Positions 29,439 through 40,003 of a DNA stretch of 64,000 bases are shown here, in pieces. A program made the position numbers and the translations under genes. Below the pieces are notes generated by a model. That model saw only the letters and a list, made by a program, of their open reading frames with translations, was not told the DNA's origin and made no database searches. Numbering within the stretch: position 1 is the stretch's first letter; every line of letters starts with the position of its first letter. The DNA is from Acidobacteriota bacterium (GTDB lineage: Bacteria > Acidobacteriota > UBA890 > WLXD01), in assembly GCA_963666055.2 (NCBI GenBank), contig CAXWPH010000014.1, positions 320,001 to 384,000 of the forward strand. Direction: 5' to 3'.

Positions 29439-30866
29439 ATGAACCTACTGCTCACCCACGCGTATTTTCTCCAGCAGGACAGACACGAGCAGCAGCTCAT
29501 GCGCCCGTATCCGCCCCTCGGGCTCCTCTATATCTCGGCCTACCTCAAAGCGCACGGGACAGAGGTGGCTGTCTTCGACACCACCTTCAGCTCGCGGCAC
29601 GAGTTCCGCCGCCACCTGCAGCGTACGCGGCCCCGCATCGTCGGCATCTACGTCAACCTGATGACACGCGCTAGCGCCCTCCAGACGATCTCCGACTGTC
29701 GCGAGTTCGGCAGCATCGTGGTGGTGGGCGGACCGGAGCCGGCCGGGTACGCCGACGAGTACCTCACAGCCGGCGCCGACGTCGTGGTGGACGGCGAGGG
29801 TGAGATCACCCTACGGGAGCTGGTGCCGCACCTGCTGGAACACGGCGTTGCGGACCTCGATGCGATCGACGGGATCATCTACCGCCCCGACACATCGAAC
29901 GGTGCCGACCAACGCGCCCCCGTACGCACAGCCGCGAGAGCACAGATCAGCGATCTGGATACGCTTCCCGACCCCGACCGCGAGGCCATCGACATTGATC
30001 GCTATGTCGACGTGTGGCGCACCCATCATGGGGCCGGCTCGGTATCGTTGATCACCGCTCGAGGGTGCCCGTACAAGTGCAATTGGTGCAGCCACAGCGT
30101 GTTCGGCTTCTCTCACCGGCGTCGATCCCCGGTGCGTGTCGCCGACGAGCTCGAGCACATCGTGAGCCGCTACCGCCCCGACCAGGTCTGGTATGCCGAC
30201 GACGTGTTCACGATCAATCATCGCTGGCTTCACGAGTACGGTGACGAACTGGAGCGCCGTGGTCTCCGGGTGCCATTCGAGACCATCTCGCGCGAGGATC
30301 GCCTCGATACCGAGAGCATCGCGCGACTCGCCTCCATGGGGTGCCGCCGCCTATGGGTTGGCGCGGAGAGTGGATCGCAGCGTGTCCTCGACGCTATGCA
30401 GCGCCAGACAGACGCACCGCGCGTCGAGCAGATCGTCCACGAGCTACAACAACACGGCATCGAGGTCGGTCTGTTCATCATGCTCGGCTACGAAGGCGAG
30501 CGGATGAGCGACATCGAGGAGACCGTGGCGTTTCTCAAACGGGCACGGCCAGACCGCTTCGTTACCACGGTTGCCTATCCCATCAGGGGAACCAAGTACT
30601 ATCAGCGCGTCTCGGATCGGCTCGTCGTGCCGCAGTCGTGGGCGACCAGCACCGATCGCGACATCTCGGTGCGTGGCAGGCACTCCGACAGGTTTTATCG
30701 CTGCGCCACCCGCTGGATGGTCAACGAGGTCGAGCGCGCGCGCCTACGCAGCAGCGACCGACCCGGCTATGGGCGGCTCGCCCGCGCCACCGTCAAGGCC
30801 CACGTAGGGCGTCTCGGTATGCACCTCCTGCGGCACCAGCAGCGGACTGCAGCACCGCAGCCATGA
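29439..30866 (+). CDS. B12-binding domain radical SAM protein 3
   Basis: 'PYPPLGLLYI', 'GGPEP', RGCPYKCNWC, 'GAESGSQ', 'YPIRGT'. Confidence 0.92.
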   Translation: MNLLLTHAYFLQQDRHEQQLMRPYPPLGLLYISAYLKAHGTEVAVFDTTFSSRHEFRRHLQRTRPRIVGIYVNLMTRASALQTISDCREFGSIVVVGGPEPAGYADEYLTAGADVVVDGEGEITLRELVPHLLEHGVADLDAIDGIIYRPDTSNGADQRAPVRTAARAQISDLDTLPDPDREAIDIDRYVDVWRTHHGAGSVSLITARGCPYKCNWCSHSVFGFSHRRRSPVRVADELEHIVSRYRPDQVWYADDVFTINHRWLHEYGDELERRGLRVPFETISREDRLDTESIARLASMGCRRLWVGAESGSQRVLDAMQRQTDAPRVEQIVHELQQHGIEVGLFIMLGYEGERMSDIEETVAFLKRARPDRFVTTVAYPIRGTKYYQRVSDRLVVPQSWATSTDRDISVRGRHSDRFYRCATRWMVNEVERARLRSSDRPGYGRLARATVKAHVGRLGMHLLRHQQRTAAPQP

Positions 30867-31714
30867 ACACACTGCCCGCCTCGCTCGTTGGCGCTTCGGC
30901 CGCCTTCGACGACCTCGCAAACGATTACGACCGCACCTTCAGCCACCGGACCCTAGGGCGCTGGTTGCGTCAATCGGTGCATTCTCGGCTGCGTGCATAC
31001 ACGGCAGGCGATCGCGTCATCGAGCTCGGCTGCGGTACCGGCGAGGACGCGCTGTGGCTGGCTCAGCGCGGTGTGCGTGTGGTGGCCATCGACGCTTCGG
31101 CGGCAATGCTGTCGGTAGCCGAGCGCAAGCTCCGCAGCGCCGGGCTCGCCGATCGCGTGCGCCTGCAACAGGTCGATCTCAATGCGCCTCCGACCGACCT
31201 GCAACGAGCGCTGGCGGGCGACGAGCCGGTCAACAACGAGCTCTTCGACGGTTGTCTGTCGAACTTCGGCGCACTCAACTGCGTCGGTGCTCGCCCGGCG
31301 CTCGCCGGCGCGGTCGCCAGCGTTATGCGCCCCGGCGCACGACTCACGGTTGTCGTGATGGGCCCCGTATGCCCCTGGGAGATCGCCTCGTTCACGCTCC
31401 GCGGCCGGCTACCGAGCGCCTGCCGGCGGCGGCGTGGACGCGCCCGCGCGCCTATCGGCGACCACACCGTCGTCGTCGACTATCCGACCCCGCGGCGCCT
31501 GCGGCGTGAGCTGACACCGTGGTTTCGAGCTCTCGGCACGCGTGGGATCGGCGTCTTGCTACCGCCCTCGCAGCTCGCCCACCTCGTGGAGCGGCGCACG
31601 GCGGCATTCGAGCGCTTGCGTCGCTGGGAGGAGCGCATCGCACACCTACGACCGGCCGCGTGGTTAAGCGATCACTACCTACTGGAGATGGAGCGTCGTG
31701 ACGATGAACTGTGA
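30863..31714 (+). CDS. Class I SAM-dependent methyltransferase
   Basis: 'VIELGCGTGEDA', 'SNFGALNC'; ATGA overlap. Confidence 0.9.
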   Translation: MNTLPASLVGASAAFDDLANDYDRTFSHRTLGRWLRQSVHSRLRAYTAGDRVIELGCGTGEDALWLAQRGVRVVAIDASAAMLSVAERKLRSAGLADRVRLQQVDLNAPPTDLQRALAGDEPVNNELFDGCLSNFGALNCVGARPALAGAVASVMRPGARLTVVVMGPVCPWEIASFTLRGRLPSACRRRRGRARAPIGDHTVVVDYPTPRRLRRELTPWFRALGTRGIGVLLPPSQLAHLVERRTAAFERLRRWEERIAHLRPAAWLSDHYLLEMERRDDEL

Positions 31715-31731
31715 TCGTGCCGGCACACTCG

Positions 31732-32931
31732 TCAGTCGACGTTATCGCGAGCCTCACGGCGTTGAACAACTCGTTCATAGAGCGCCGCCAGGCGTTCCGC
31801 CATCGCGGCGAAGCTGAGCCGGCAATCGAACCGCTCGGCGACACGCCGCGCCACCTCGGCCGGACCCTCGGCCCAGATGCTCTGCACTCTCTGCGCCAGG
31901 GCAGCGGCGTCTCCCACTGGGAACAGCAGGCCGTCGAGCTCCGCGCCGAGCATCTCGCGAAACGCCGGAATGTCGGTGACCACCGGGATTACGCCGCACG
32001 ACATGGCCTCGAGCACCGCACTACCGCTGTGCTCGCGCCGGCTGGCCTGGAGAAGGAAGTCGGCGCTGCTGTAGATCGCCTCCATCTGCGCAGCGGGAGC
32101 CTCGCCGTGGAGGGTGGTACGGCACGCCAACCGCGGGCGCGATCGCAGGAAACCACGTACCTCGTCGAGTAGGTCAGCGCTCTGGTACACGCAGTGCAAG
32201 CGCGCCTGCGGCAGCGCATCAACGATCGCTTCGACGCCGCAAAGCATGGTCAACAGGTCCTTGACCGGATGCAACCGCGCCACCGACAACAGCACCGGCG
32301 CGCCGTCGAATCCGGTACACCGTCGCGCCGCTTCGCGATCCTGGGGGTTCAGGGCACTCGAAGTCTCCACGACCTGGGCGACCCGTTCGTGCCGGTCCGC
32401 CAACAACCCGGCGTCGACGTATGGTTGAGCATGCTCGGGCGCCGTGAAGACAAGCGCCTCCGGCCCCGTGAGCCAGCGTCGCTGGAGTCGCCGCGCCAAC
32501 CAGCTGCGCGCCGGCTCGCCGCCGTGATGCTGTGCCACCCAGGGGATGCCGCAACGCCTCAGCGCCCGGTCTAAGAGCGCCAAGTTGATGTGCGGTACCA
32601 GCCCATGAACGTGGACCAGATCGGGCTCTAGATCCACGACGCGGGCGATGGTCGTGCGAGCAGGGATCAGGTGCGACGAAGGAATCCGCGCCAACCGGGC
32701 CAGACCACGACCCAGCGTCGCCGCCGCATGCCCTTCCGAAACCATGTGGTAGCGCACACCATGCTCGCGGTGCTGCTTGGCATGCGGATGCTGCACGACA
32801 ACGTCGACTTGGTGTCCGAGCCGCGATACCTGCCGAGGCAGGTGCCTTAGCAGCGGAAAGCGATCGAGATAGTCTGCCGGCGCTAGATCCGCGTTCGGCG
32901 GGCAGTATGGTTGGACATAACAGATCCTCAT
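31732..32931 (-). CDS. Glycosyltransferase family 4 protein
   Basis: 'LSVARLHPVKD', 'EHSGSAVLEAMSCG...TDIP'. Confidence 0.9.
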   Translation of the reverse strand: MRICYVQPYCPPNADLAPADYLDRFPLLRHLPRQVSRLGHQVDVVVQHPHAKQHREHGVRYHMVSEGHAAATLGRGLARLARIPSSHLIPARTTIARVVDLEPDLVHVHGLVPHINLALLDRALRRCGIPWVAQHHGGEPARSWLARRLQRRWLTGPEALVFTAPEHAQPYVDAGLLADRHERVAQVVETSSALNPQDREAARRCTGFDGAPVLLSVARLHPVKDLLTMLCGVEAIVDALPQARLHCVYQSADLLDEVRGFLRSRPRLACRTTLHGEAPAAQMEAIYSSADFLLQASRREHSGSAVLEAMSCGVIPVVTDIPAFREMLGAELDGLLFPVGDAAALAQRVQSIWAEGPAEVARRVAERFDCRLSFAAMAERLAALYERVVQRREARDNVD

Positions 32932-32941
32932 GGACAGGTCG

Positions 32942-34213
32942 ATGCTCGAGCGCCTAGGACGGCGACGCAAGCCTCCCTCGCTGCTGTTGCGGAACCTGGA
33001 ATGCTACAGCGATGGTGAAGTATTCCATGGCGATCTTCGCCTGTCGGCGGGTCGCATTGCCGAGATCGGCGACCGTCTGGCGGCCGGCTCCGGGGAGCGT
33101 ACTCTGGATCTCGACGGCCACCTTGCGTACCTGGGCCTGATCAACGCTCACGATCATCTCGAGCTGGACTTCCTTCCACGGCTCGGGACCCCCCCCTACC
33201 CTAGTTTCTACGACTGGGCGGACGACGTTTACCGCCCCGACGAGCCGCCGATTCGAGATTTGCGTCACGTAACGCTCTCGGACCGCCTCTGGTGGGGGGC
33301 CTACAGGAACACGGTCGCCGGCGTCACCACCGTCATGCACCACGACACCTACCACCGTCGCATCTTCCAGAACGGCTTCCCGGTGCACGTCACCCACCCC
33401 TACCGTTGGGCGCACTCACTGGGCTTGGGCGTCGACCCTCGCGAAGCGTACGCCAACGGTGCGGGCCCGTTCGTGATTCACGCCGCCGAGGGTGTTGACG
33501 AACGCAGCAAGCGCGAGCTCGACGAGCTCGATGACATGGGCGTGCTTGGTGACGACACCATCCTTGTGCACGGCATCGCGATCACCTCCGCACAATGGCG
33601 GCGGCTGGCGGCACGGGGGGTGGCGCTGGTGTGGTGCCCCACCTCGAACCTGTTCCTGTACGGCAAGACGGTGGACGTGGGCTCCCTGCCCGAGGGCGTC
33701 AACGTGGCGCTCGGCACCGATTCCACCATCAGCGGCTCAGCCAGCCTGCTCGACGAGCTCCGGATGGCACGCAACACGGGCGCGGCGAGCGCCGTGCGCC
33801 TACTGGGGATGGTAACCACCGTGCCGGCCGCGATGCTCGCCCTCGAGGCCGGCTGCGGCCGCATTCAGCAAGGCGGCCCAGCGGACGTGATCATCCTCGC
33901 TCCTGGAGACAGCGCTCCATCGATGCCCACATCTGACAGCGAAGACAAGGCAACACGCGCGGCGCACGCGCTTTTGGAAGCGCACTCGGCCAACCTTGCA
34001 CTCGTGCTGGTCGCCGGCCGTCCGGTGCTCGCCGACCCCGATATCGCCGCAACCCTGGGCCTCGGGCCGGCGCGCACGCTGATCGACGGCAGCTCCAAGT
34101 GGCTTGTCGGCGATCTTCCGGCTCTTCGAGAACGCATCGCCGCGGCCTCCGACGATGCCGACGCCTGGAACGCCAACCCCGTCTGGCGCCGGCTGCAGGC
34201 GGCCCCGAGTTGA
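32942..34213 (+). CDS. Metal-dependent amidohydrolase family protein
   Basis: 'LINAHDH', 'IHAAEG', 'LVHG', 'WCPTSN', 'LGTDS'; start 32930 or 32942. Confidence 0.88.
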   Translation: MLERLGRRRKPPSLLLRNLECYSDGEVFHGDLRLSAGRIAEIGDRLAAGSGERTLDLDGHLAYLGLINAHDHLELDFLPRLGTPPYPSFYDWADDVYRPDEPPIRDLRHVTLSDRLWWGAYRNTVAGVTTVMHHDTYHRRIFQNGFPVHVTHPYRWAHSLGLGVDPREAYANGAGPFVIHAAEGVDERSKRELDELDDMGVLGDDTILVHGIAITSAQWRRLAARGVALVWCPTSNLFLYGKTVDVGSLPEGVNVALGTDSTISGSASLLDELRMARNTGAASAVRLLGMVTTVPAAMLALEAGCGRIQQGGPADVIILAPGDSAPSMPTSDSEDKATRAAHALLEAHSANLALVLVAGRPVLADPDIAATLGLGPARTLIDGSSKWLVGDLPALRERIAAASDDADAWNANPVWRRLQAAPS

Positions 34214-35361
34214 CTGCTCGGCGCCTGCGCATCGGTCTGGTCGTGCCCGGCTTCAGCGCCGACGAGCACGACTGGTGGATCCCGGCGCTGCGCGACCTGG
34301 TAGTCGGACTCCGCGAGCATATCGATCTCACGGTGTTTGCGCTCCGCTATCCCCACACGACGTCGCCGTACCGAGTCTTCGACGTGCCGGTAGTGCCGTT
34401 CGGCGGTGCTGAGGCGCGCCGGCTCGGGCGTCTACCGATGATCGTCCGAGCCATGCGCGCGGTGCGAGCGTCGTTACGCGCCGACCAGCTCGATGGTGTG
34501 CACGCGCTGTGGGCACACGAGCCCGGGCTGGTGGCCACGGCGGCGTCTGTCGGTACCGGTCGACGCCCATTGGTGTCTCTGCTCGGTGGCGAGCTGACGG
34601 ACCTCCCGGACATTGGCTACGGAGGCCAGCTCTCACGCTTCAACCGGTGGGCGAGCAACTTGGCGTTGCGGCGCGCCCATGCCGTTACCGTAGGGTCCGA
34701 GAGCTTGCGCGATCTCGGCGCGCAACGTGGTTACGCGGTCGCCGGTTGGCATCGACTCCCGCTGGGAGTCGACACACGGAAGTTCTCCCCGCAGGGAGCG
34801 CCAGGCAACGCACCGCAGTTGGATGGTCATCCGTGCCTGTTGAGCGTCGGAGCGCTGGTCCCCGTCAAGGGCCCCGAGCTGCTCCTGGAGTGCTTCGCCA
34901 CCGTCCATCAACAACTACCGCAGGCGCGATTGCACCTGGTCGGTGAGGGTGCGCTGCGGCAGCGGCTCATGGAAACCGCGCGCAGCATGGATCTCGCGGC
35001 CGATGTTCGGTTCCATGGGACCATCGATCATGTCGACATGCCGGGCGTGTACCGGCAGGCCGACGTTGTCGTGGTGACGTCGTACTTCGAGAGCCAGTCG
35101 GTGGTGGCGGTTGAGGCGGCAGCGTGCGGGCGTACCCTTATCGGACCAGCGGTCGGGGTGCTGCCCGAGATCGACGGTGCCGAGATCTGTGTCAGCCACG
35201 ACGCGTCGGCGATCGCGGCGGGATTGCTTCAGGCGCTGTCGGATCGCAACCTGCTCCGGCGCCGCGGTGCACTGGCGCGCGCTTGGGTGCTGAGAGAAGC
35301 GACCGTCCGCAGCACGGTCGACAAGCTCGTTCAGCTGTACGAGGAGGTTACTCACCAATGA
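34210..35361 (+). CDS. Glycosyltransferase family 4 protein
   Basis: 'LSVGALVPVKG', 'FESQSVVAVEAAACG'; TTGA overlap. Confidence 0.88.
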   Translation: MTARRLRIGLVVPGFSADEHDWWIPALRDLVVGLREHIDLTVFALRYPHTTSPYRVFDVPVVPFGGAEARRLGRLPMIVRAMRAVRASLRADQLDGVHALWAHEPGLVATAASVGTGRRPLVSLLGGELTDLPDIGYGGQLSRFNRWASNLALRRAHAVTVGSESLRDLGAQRGYAVAGWHRLPLGVDTRKFSPQGAPGNAPQLDGHPCLLSVGALVPVKGPELLLECFATVHQQLPQARLHLVGEGALRQRLMETARSMDLAADVRFHGTIDHVDMPGVYRQADVVVVTSYFESQSVVAVEAAACGRTLIGPAVGVLPEIDGAEICVSHDASAIAAGLLQALSDRNLLRRRGALARAWVLREATVRSTVDKLVQLYEEVTHQ

Positions 35362-36395
35362 CCGGGACGGCGCGTGGGACCCTCGACGCGGCTTTGCCAC
35401 GGAGAGTGCTGATCACCGGCGGCGCCGGATTCGTGGGCTCGCATGTCGCTGATGCGCTGATCGAGCAAGGCTGCTCGGTGGTCGCCGTCGACGATCTGTC
35501 GACCGGCAGTCTCGACAACCTGGAGCAGCTGTCCGGGAACCCCGGATTCACCCTGGAGGTCGGCTCCGCCGCCGACTCCGAAATGCTGGCAACCCTGCTA
35601 TCGGAGTGTGACGCCTGCGTGCACCTGGCCGCTGTGGTCGGCGTGAAGCTGGTGCTGCGGCAGCCGGCGCGGGCTCTCGAGATCAACGCGCGTTGCACTG
35701 AGGCTGTCCTGGAGGCGGCGGCACGGCATAGCGTTCCGGTGCTGGTGGCGTCGAGCTCGGAGGTCTACGGGCAGCGTTCCACGATTCCCCTGTGCGAGGA
35801 CATGGATCTGGAAATCTCCTTGCGAGGCGGCCACTCCGCCTACGCCGTGTCGAAGCTGTACAGCGAGCGCTTGGCGCTGTCGTGGGAGCGTCAGGCCGGC
35901 CTCCCAGTAATCATCGCGCGGCTGTTCAATACTGCCGGCCCACGGCAGATCCCCGATCACGGCATGGTGGTGCCGAGCTTGGCGCGGCAAGCGCTGCGGA
36001 ATCAGCCGCTGACAGTGTTCGGCGACGGCGCGCAGACGCGGTCCTTCGCCCACGTGCGCGACATCGCCGAGTCGCTCATCCGGCTGCTAGCGACCCCGGC
36101 AGCCCACGGGCAGATCTACAACGTTGGCGCCCAACAGGAGCTCACCATTCTCGATCTCGCACGACGCGTAAAGCGACGCGCCAACAGTGACTCAGAGATC
36201 GTTCGCGTGCCGTACCAAGAAGCGTACGGAACACGGTTCGAGGACATTCGGCGGCGGGCACCTGATGTAACGAAGCTCGAGCGGCTGCTCGGCTCGGTGC
36301 CGACGATCGGTATCGACCAGATCATCGACGACGTGCTCGCCTATTGGACCGGCCCGCCAGCCGAGCGCGTGGCGGCAGAGGTGTCGACGCTCTGA
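35358..36395 (+). CDS. NAD-dependent nucleotide-sugar epimerase/dehydratase
   Basis: TGGAGFVGS, 'ASSSEVYG', YAVSK, 'RLFNTAGP'. Confidence 0.92.
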   Translation: MTGTARGTLDAALPRRVLITGGAGFVGSHVADALIEQGCSVVAVDDLSTGSLDNLEQLSGNPGFTLEVGSAADSEMLATLLSECDACVHLAAVVGVKLVLRQPARALEINARCTEAVLEAAARHSVPVLVASSSEVYGQRSTIPLCEDMDLEISLRGGHSAYAVSKLYSERLALSWERQAGLPVIIARLFNTAGPRQIPDHGMVVPSLARQALRNQPLTVFGDGAQTRSFAHVRDIAESLIRLLATPAAHGQIYNVGAQQELTILDLARRVKRRANSDSEIVRVPYQEAYGTRFEDIRRRAPDVTKLERLLGSVPTIGIDQIIDDVLAYWTGPPAERVAAEVSTL

Positions 36396-36402
36396 GGGCG
36401 GG

Positions 36403-36909
36403 CTACCGGTGGTCAGCGCCTCGAGCGAGCCCTGCAGCGAGCGCAATGTAGTACGTAACGTCGGCGTTGTACGCCGCCACCTGGGCATTCGACGTGCTCA
36501 TCTCGAACGTCACCATCCCCTTGTCGATCAGCTTCTTCGCCGAAACTGTCTTCCTGAAGTCCCCTTGCCCCTGGGCGAGGGTGCCTTTCAGACGGGCCAG
36601 CACCTTGGGCTTTTTCTTTCCCTCGACGCTCGCCGTCACCTCCACCGCGTTGCTGATCTGCGCCGTGCTGCTGACAGCTCCGGGACGCTCAATCGAGATC
36701 GACGCGCCGATGACGACCTTCGTGTTTCTGCCGAGGCCAGCGAGCAGGTCGGCCGGGTCCAGCGTACCTCCCGGCAGGAAGAGATCGCCGCCGGCCGGGT
36801 TCTCGTAGCTGGCGCCGTACAAAACGCTCACCCACTGCTGTACGGCGGCGGCACCGGATGGAACCGCAAAGCTCACCACCAGGTACCCGACTGCCAGCAC
36901 CGGTAACAT
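36403..36909 (-). CDS. Hypothetical secreted protein
   Basis: Signal peptide ending AAA; beta-rich, Lys-rich body; start 36909 or 36930. Confidence 0.65.
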   Translation of the reverse strand: MLPVLAVGYLVVSFAVPSGAAAVQQWVSVLYGASYENPAGGDLFLPGGTLDPADLLAGLGRNTKVVIGASISIERPGAVSSTAQISNAVEVTASVEGKKKPKVLARLKGTLAQGQGDFRKTVSAKKLIDKGMVTFEMSTSNAQVAAYNADVTYYIALAAGLARGADHR

Positions 36910-36964
36910 AGTGTGCCTGCCGTTTTTCATGCGGATCCGGCCCCCATTGCGATAACAGTCGATT

Positions 36965-39900
36965 TTGAACCTAACACGAGACTTGAGCGACGAACAACGC
37001 AGTACCAGCCGGCTGCTGTCAGGAAGCCAACTGAGCCGATTGCTATCGGGTTTGATCGAAGCGGCATGGCTGGGACTGCTCGTCGCCACGGCGCTCTACT
37101 TCAACCCTTACTCGCTTACCAGCTTCGAGCCCGACAAGGCGACGATGGCCCGCGCCTACCTTCTCTTGATGCTGGGGTGCTGGGCGGCGCTGTGCGCGTA
37201 TGGTGGAAGGTCGGCGGCGCGAGCACCGCGGGCCGCCGTCGTGGGTGCCTGCATCTTCGCGACCTGGGCGGCATCTGTAGTGCTCAGCGCAGCGAACTCC
37301 ATCGCTCCCGCCCTGAGCTGGTGGGGATCATACGATCGCGGTCAAGGTGCGTGGCTCGAGATCGGTTACGTTGCCCTGTTCGCCGCGCTGGCAACACGAC
37401 TCCGCAGCGCGCAGCAATGGCGGCGCCTGAGGCTCACGATCGCCGCGTCCAGCGTCCCGGTGTGCCTCTTGGCGCTGGCGCAGCGATCCGGCATCCCGAT
37501 CCTCCTGGGCAACGAGCCCCTGGAGGTAAACGCCACATTCGGCAACCCGACCTTCCTCGGGGCTTTCCTGCTGCTGACGTTGTTCGTGACCGCCGATTTC
37601 GTCGTCGAGACGGCTACCAGCATGCGGGGTGGCGGGCAGCCGGTGACCGCCCACCCGGCGCGCCTGGGGCTACGCCGCGCCGCGCTGCCGACGTTGATCA
37701 TCACTCTCCAGCTCGCGGCGCTGCTTGCCACGCGCGGCTCCGCGGCGTTGATCGGGCTGCTGTTCGGCCTGTCGCTTCTGGTCGCCGGGGCGTTCGCCAT
37801 GCGGCGCATCGACTCAGCGCCACCGCGCTCCGCCACTGGTCGCTGGAGGCGGCGCCCCATCGTGCTGGCATCGGTGGCCGTAGTCGCGGCGATCGTCTGG
37901 CTCGGTGCCACCGCGGATCGCACCGCCGACGGTAATCAGGTGGTCGAGCTAGCGACGATGTTCAACCCGGAGCGCGACACCAACCGGGTTCGACTATTGA
38001 TCTGGGATGCCGTTCAGCAAGCCATGCTGGCCTCGGCCGGTGACCCCGAGGAAGTGCGCAACACAGCGTGGCGCTGGCTCGTCGGCTTCGGGCCGGAGAC
38101 CACCTGGCTAGCCCTCGAGCACTCGTACCCGGCCGGGCTGGCTAGCGTCGAGAGCTGGCAATCGCTGCCCGACCGGGCGCACAACCAGGTACTGGAGATC
38201 CTTCTTACGCGCGGCCTGTTGGGGGTCGGTTGCTACCTGCTCACCGCCGCAGCGCTGCTGGCCATCGGACTGCGAGCCGCCGGCTTGCTGATCGAGGCGG
38301 GCTCGACGCGGCGCTTCACGAGTGCGTTGCTGGCCGGAAGTACGCTAGGCGCCGTCGCCGCGCTCGCGGCGTCGGGTAGATGGTCGCTCGCCGCCGTGGG
38401 GCTGATCCCGGGCATGGTCGTGGGAGCGTTGGGCTACCTGATTGGGCGGGTGGAAGGCGTCGGCGAGAGCCCGCCTCAGCCGCGTCGCCAGCGATGGCTG
38501 GCGCTGCTGCTCACTGCCGCTATAGTGGCGCATCTCGTGGAGACCCAGTTCGGCATTGCCGTGACCGCCAGCCAGACGTATTTCTGGCTTCTTGCCGGCG
38601 CGCTGGTAGCGCTCCGCTACCGCGGCTGGAGCCCGGGGGACGCAGCCGATGCGGCGGCGCCGGGCGGCACGGTCGACGGCCTCGTAGTCGGCACGATCCT
38701 CCTGACGCTGGTATTCGGCTTGATGACTCCGGGCGCTGCTGTGCCGCTGGTTGTGGCGCTCGTGCTCCTGGCGTCGTGGCTAGGCGGCTGGGTGCTTTCG
38801 TCGCTGGGCATGGCAGCACCGGCCCTGTTCGGCCGGCGCGGCCGGCGCTTCGCACTGGTCAGCGCTGCGCTCATGGCGGCGTATATCGGCTTCCACAAGC
38901 TGCAGACGGCAACCGCCACCGTCCTCCAGGCGCGCGGCGACGACCTCGCTGCCGCGTCGACGTTCGCGACCTTCTTCGACGGGTACCAGGCTTGGATGCT
39001 GGCAGCCACGCTAGCAACCGGCGTGCTGCTGGCGGCGTCAAAGCACGACGACGATCAGAACGTCGGCGATCGCTCCCCGGCGCGCACCGTCCTCGCGGTG
39101 ACGCTGATCCTGGCGCTCGGCATGGCACTGCCGCGCGCCCCGCATGTCGCCGCCGCGCGTGCCGATATCCTGGCCGCACATGCCGAGAGGGCGCGGCTTG
39201 CAGGACGCTTCGCCAGCGCCGGTCGCCTCTATCGGGAGGCGCTGTCGTTGCGCGCCGACGAGATTGTCTACCGCATCGGGCTCGCCAAGGTACAGACCGA
39301 TTGGGCCGGCGAGACCTCCGGTGATGTACGCAATAGCCGTTTTGGCCGCGCCGCACGCCAGCTTCGGCTGGCGCTTCAAGCGGAGCAGGCGGGCGCTACC
39401 GAACACGCCAACCTGGCGCGCCTGTACACGTTGTGGGCAGAAACCGAAGTCGACGCCACGGAGCAAGCCAGCAGGCTGGCGCGTGCCGATCGTCACTATC
39501 GCAACGCCCTTGTCATACGCCCACAATCGGCTCGCTACTACGCCGAGTGGGGGCGCCTGAGCGTGCTCCAGGGCGAGCTCGAACCGGCGCGTTGGCGCTT
39601 CGGCCGCTCGTTGGTATTGGACCCGACGCAGGGACAAACCTACCTCTGGGTGCGCCCCTTGCTCAGCTCCGACCTGCTGGAGGCAAGCAACGCCCTGGCC
39701 GAGCTCGGGCCCGACGTAGGCGCCATAACGCCGGCCCAGGTACACGCAGCGCTGGTCGAACACTTCATCGAGGCCGGCCTGTTCGAGGCCGCGATCGAGG
39801 CAGCATTCCGGCTCGCGGAGGCGATCCCGGAGCAAGCGCTTGCGCATTGGACCCTGGCCGGCCTCTACAGCCGTACCAGCCGGCCCGCCGTGGGTCTGCC

Positions 39901-40003
39901 ACACGCTCGACGAGCGCACCAACGGGCGCAGGGCTGGCAGCGCCGTCAGATCGCCCGGCTCATCGACAACCTCGAAGCGGCAATCGAGAGGACGGCTTCG
40001 TGA
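36965..40003 (+). CDS. O-antigen ligase-like membrane protein with C-terminal TPR repeats
   Basis: 'ATFGNPTFLG', 'LVGFGPET', 'DRAHN...LTRGLLG'; many TMs; TPR-like tail; exact start uncertain. Confidence 0.85.
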   Translation: MNLTRDLSDEQRSTSRLLSGSQLSRLLSGLIEAAWLGLLVATALYFNPYSLTSFEPDKATMARAYLLLMLGCWAALCAYGGRSAARAPRAAVVGACIFATWAASVVLSAANSIAPALSWWGSYDRGQGAWLEIGYVALFAALATRLRSAQQWRRLRLTIAASSVPVCLLALAQRSGIPILLGNEPLEVNATFGNPTFLGAFLLLTLFVTADFVVETATSMRGGGQPVTAHPARLGLRRAALPTLIITLQLAALLATRGSAALIGLLFGLSLLVAGAFAMRRIDSAPPRSATGRWRRRPIVLASVAVVAAIVWLGATADRTADGNQVVELATMFNPERDTNRVRLLIWDAVQQAMLASAGDPEEVRNTAWRWLVGFGPETTWLALEHSYPAGLASVESWQSLPDRAHNQVLEILLTRGLLGVGCYLLTAAALLAIGLRAAGLLIEAGSTRRFTSALLAGSTLGAVAALAASGRWSLAAVGLIPGMVVGALGYLIGRVEGVGESPPQPRRQRWLALLLTAAIVAHLVETQFGIAVTASQTYFWLLAGALVALRYRGWSPGDAADAAAPGGTVDGLVVGTILLTLVFGLMTPGAAVPLVVALVLLASWLGGWVLSSLGMAAPALFGRRGRRFALVSAALMAAYIGFHKLQTATATVLQARGDDLAAASTFATFFDGYQAWMLAATLATGVLLAASKHDDDQNVGDRSPARTVLAVTLILALGMALPRAPHVAAARADILAAHAERARLAGRFASAGRLYREALSLRADEIVYRIGLAKVQTDWAGETSGDVRNSRFGRAARQLRLALQAEQAGATEHANLARLYTLWAETEVDATEQASRLARADRHYRNALVIRPQSARYYAEWGRLSVLQGELEPARWRFGRSLVLDPTQGQTYLWVRPLLSSDLLEASNALAELGPDVGAITPAQVHAALVEHFIEAGLFEAAIEAAFRLAEAIPEQALAHWTLAGLYSRTSRPAVGLPHARRAHQRAQGWQRRQIARLIDNLEAAIERTAS

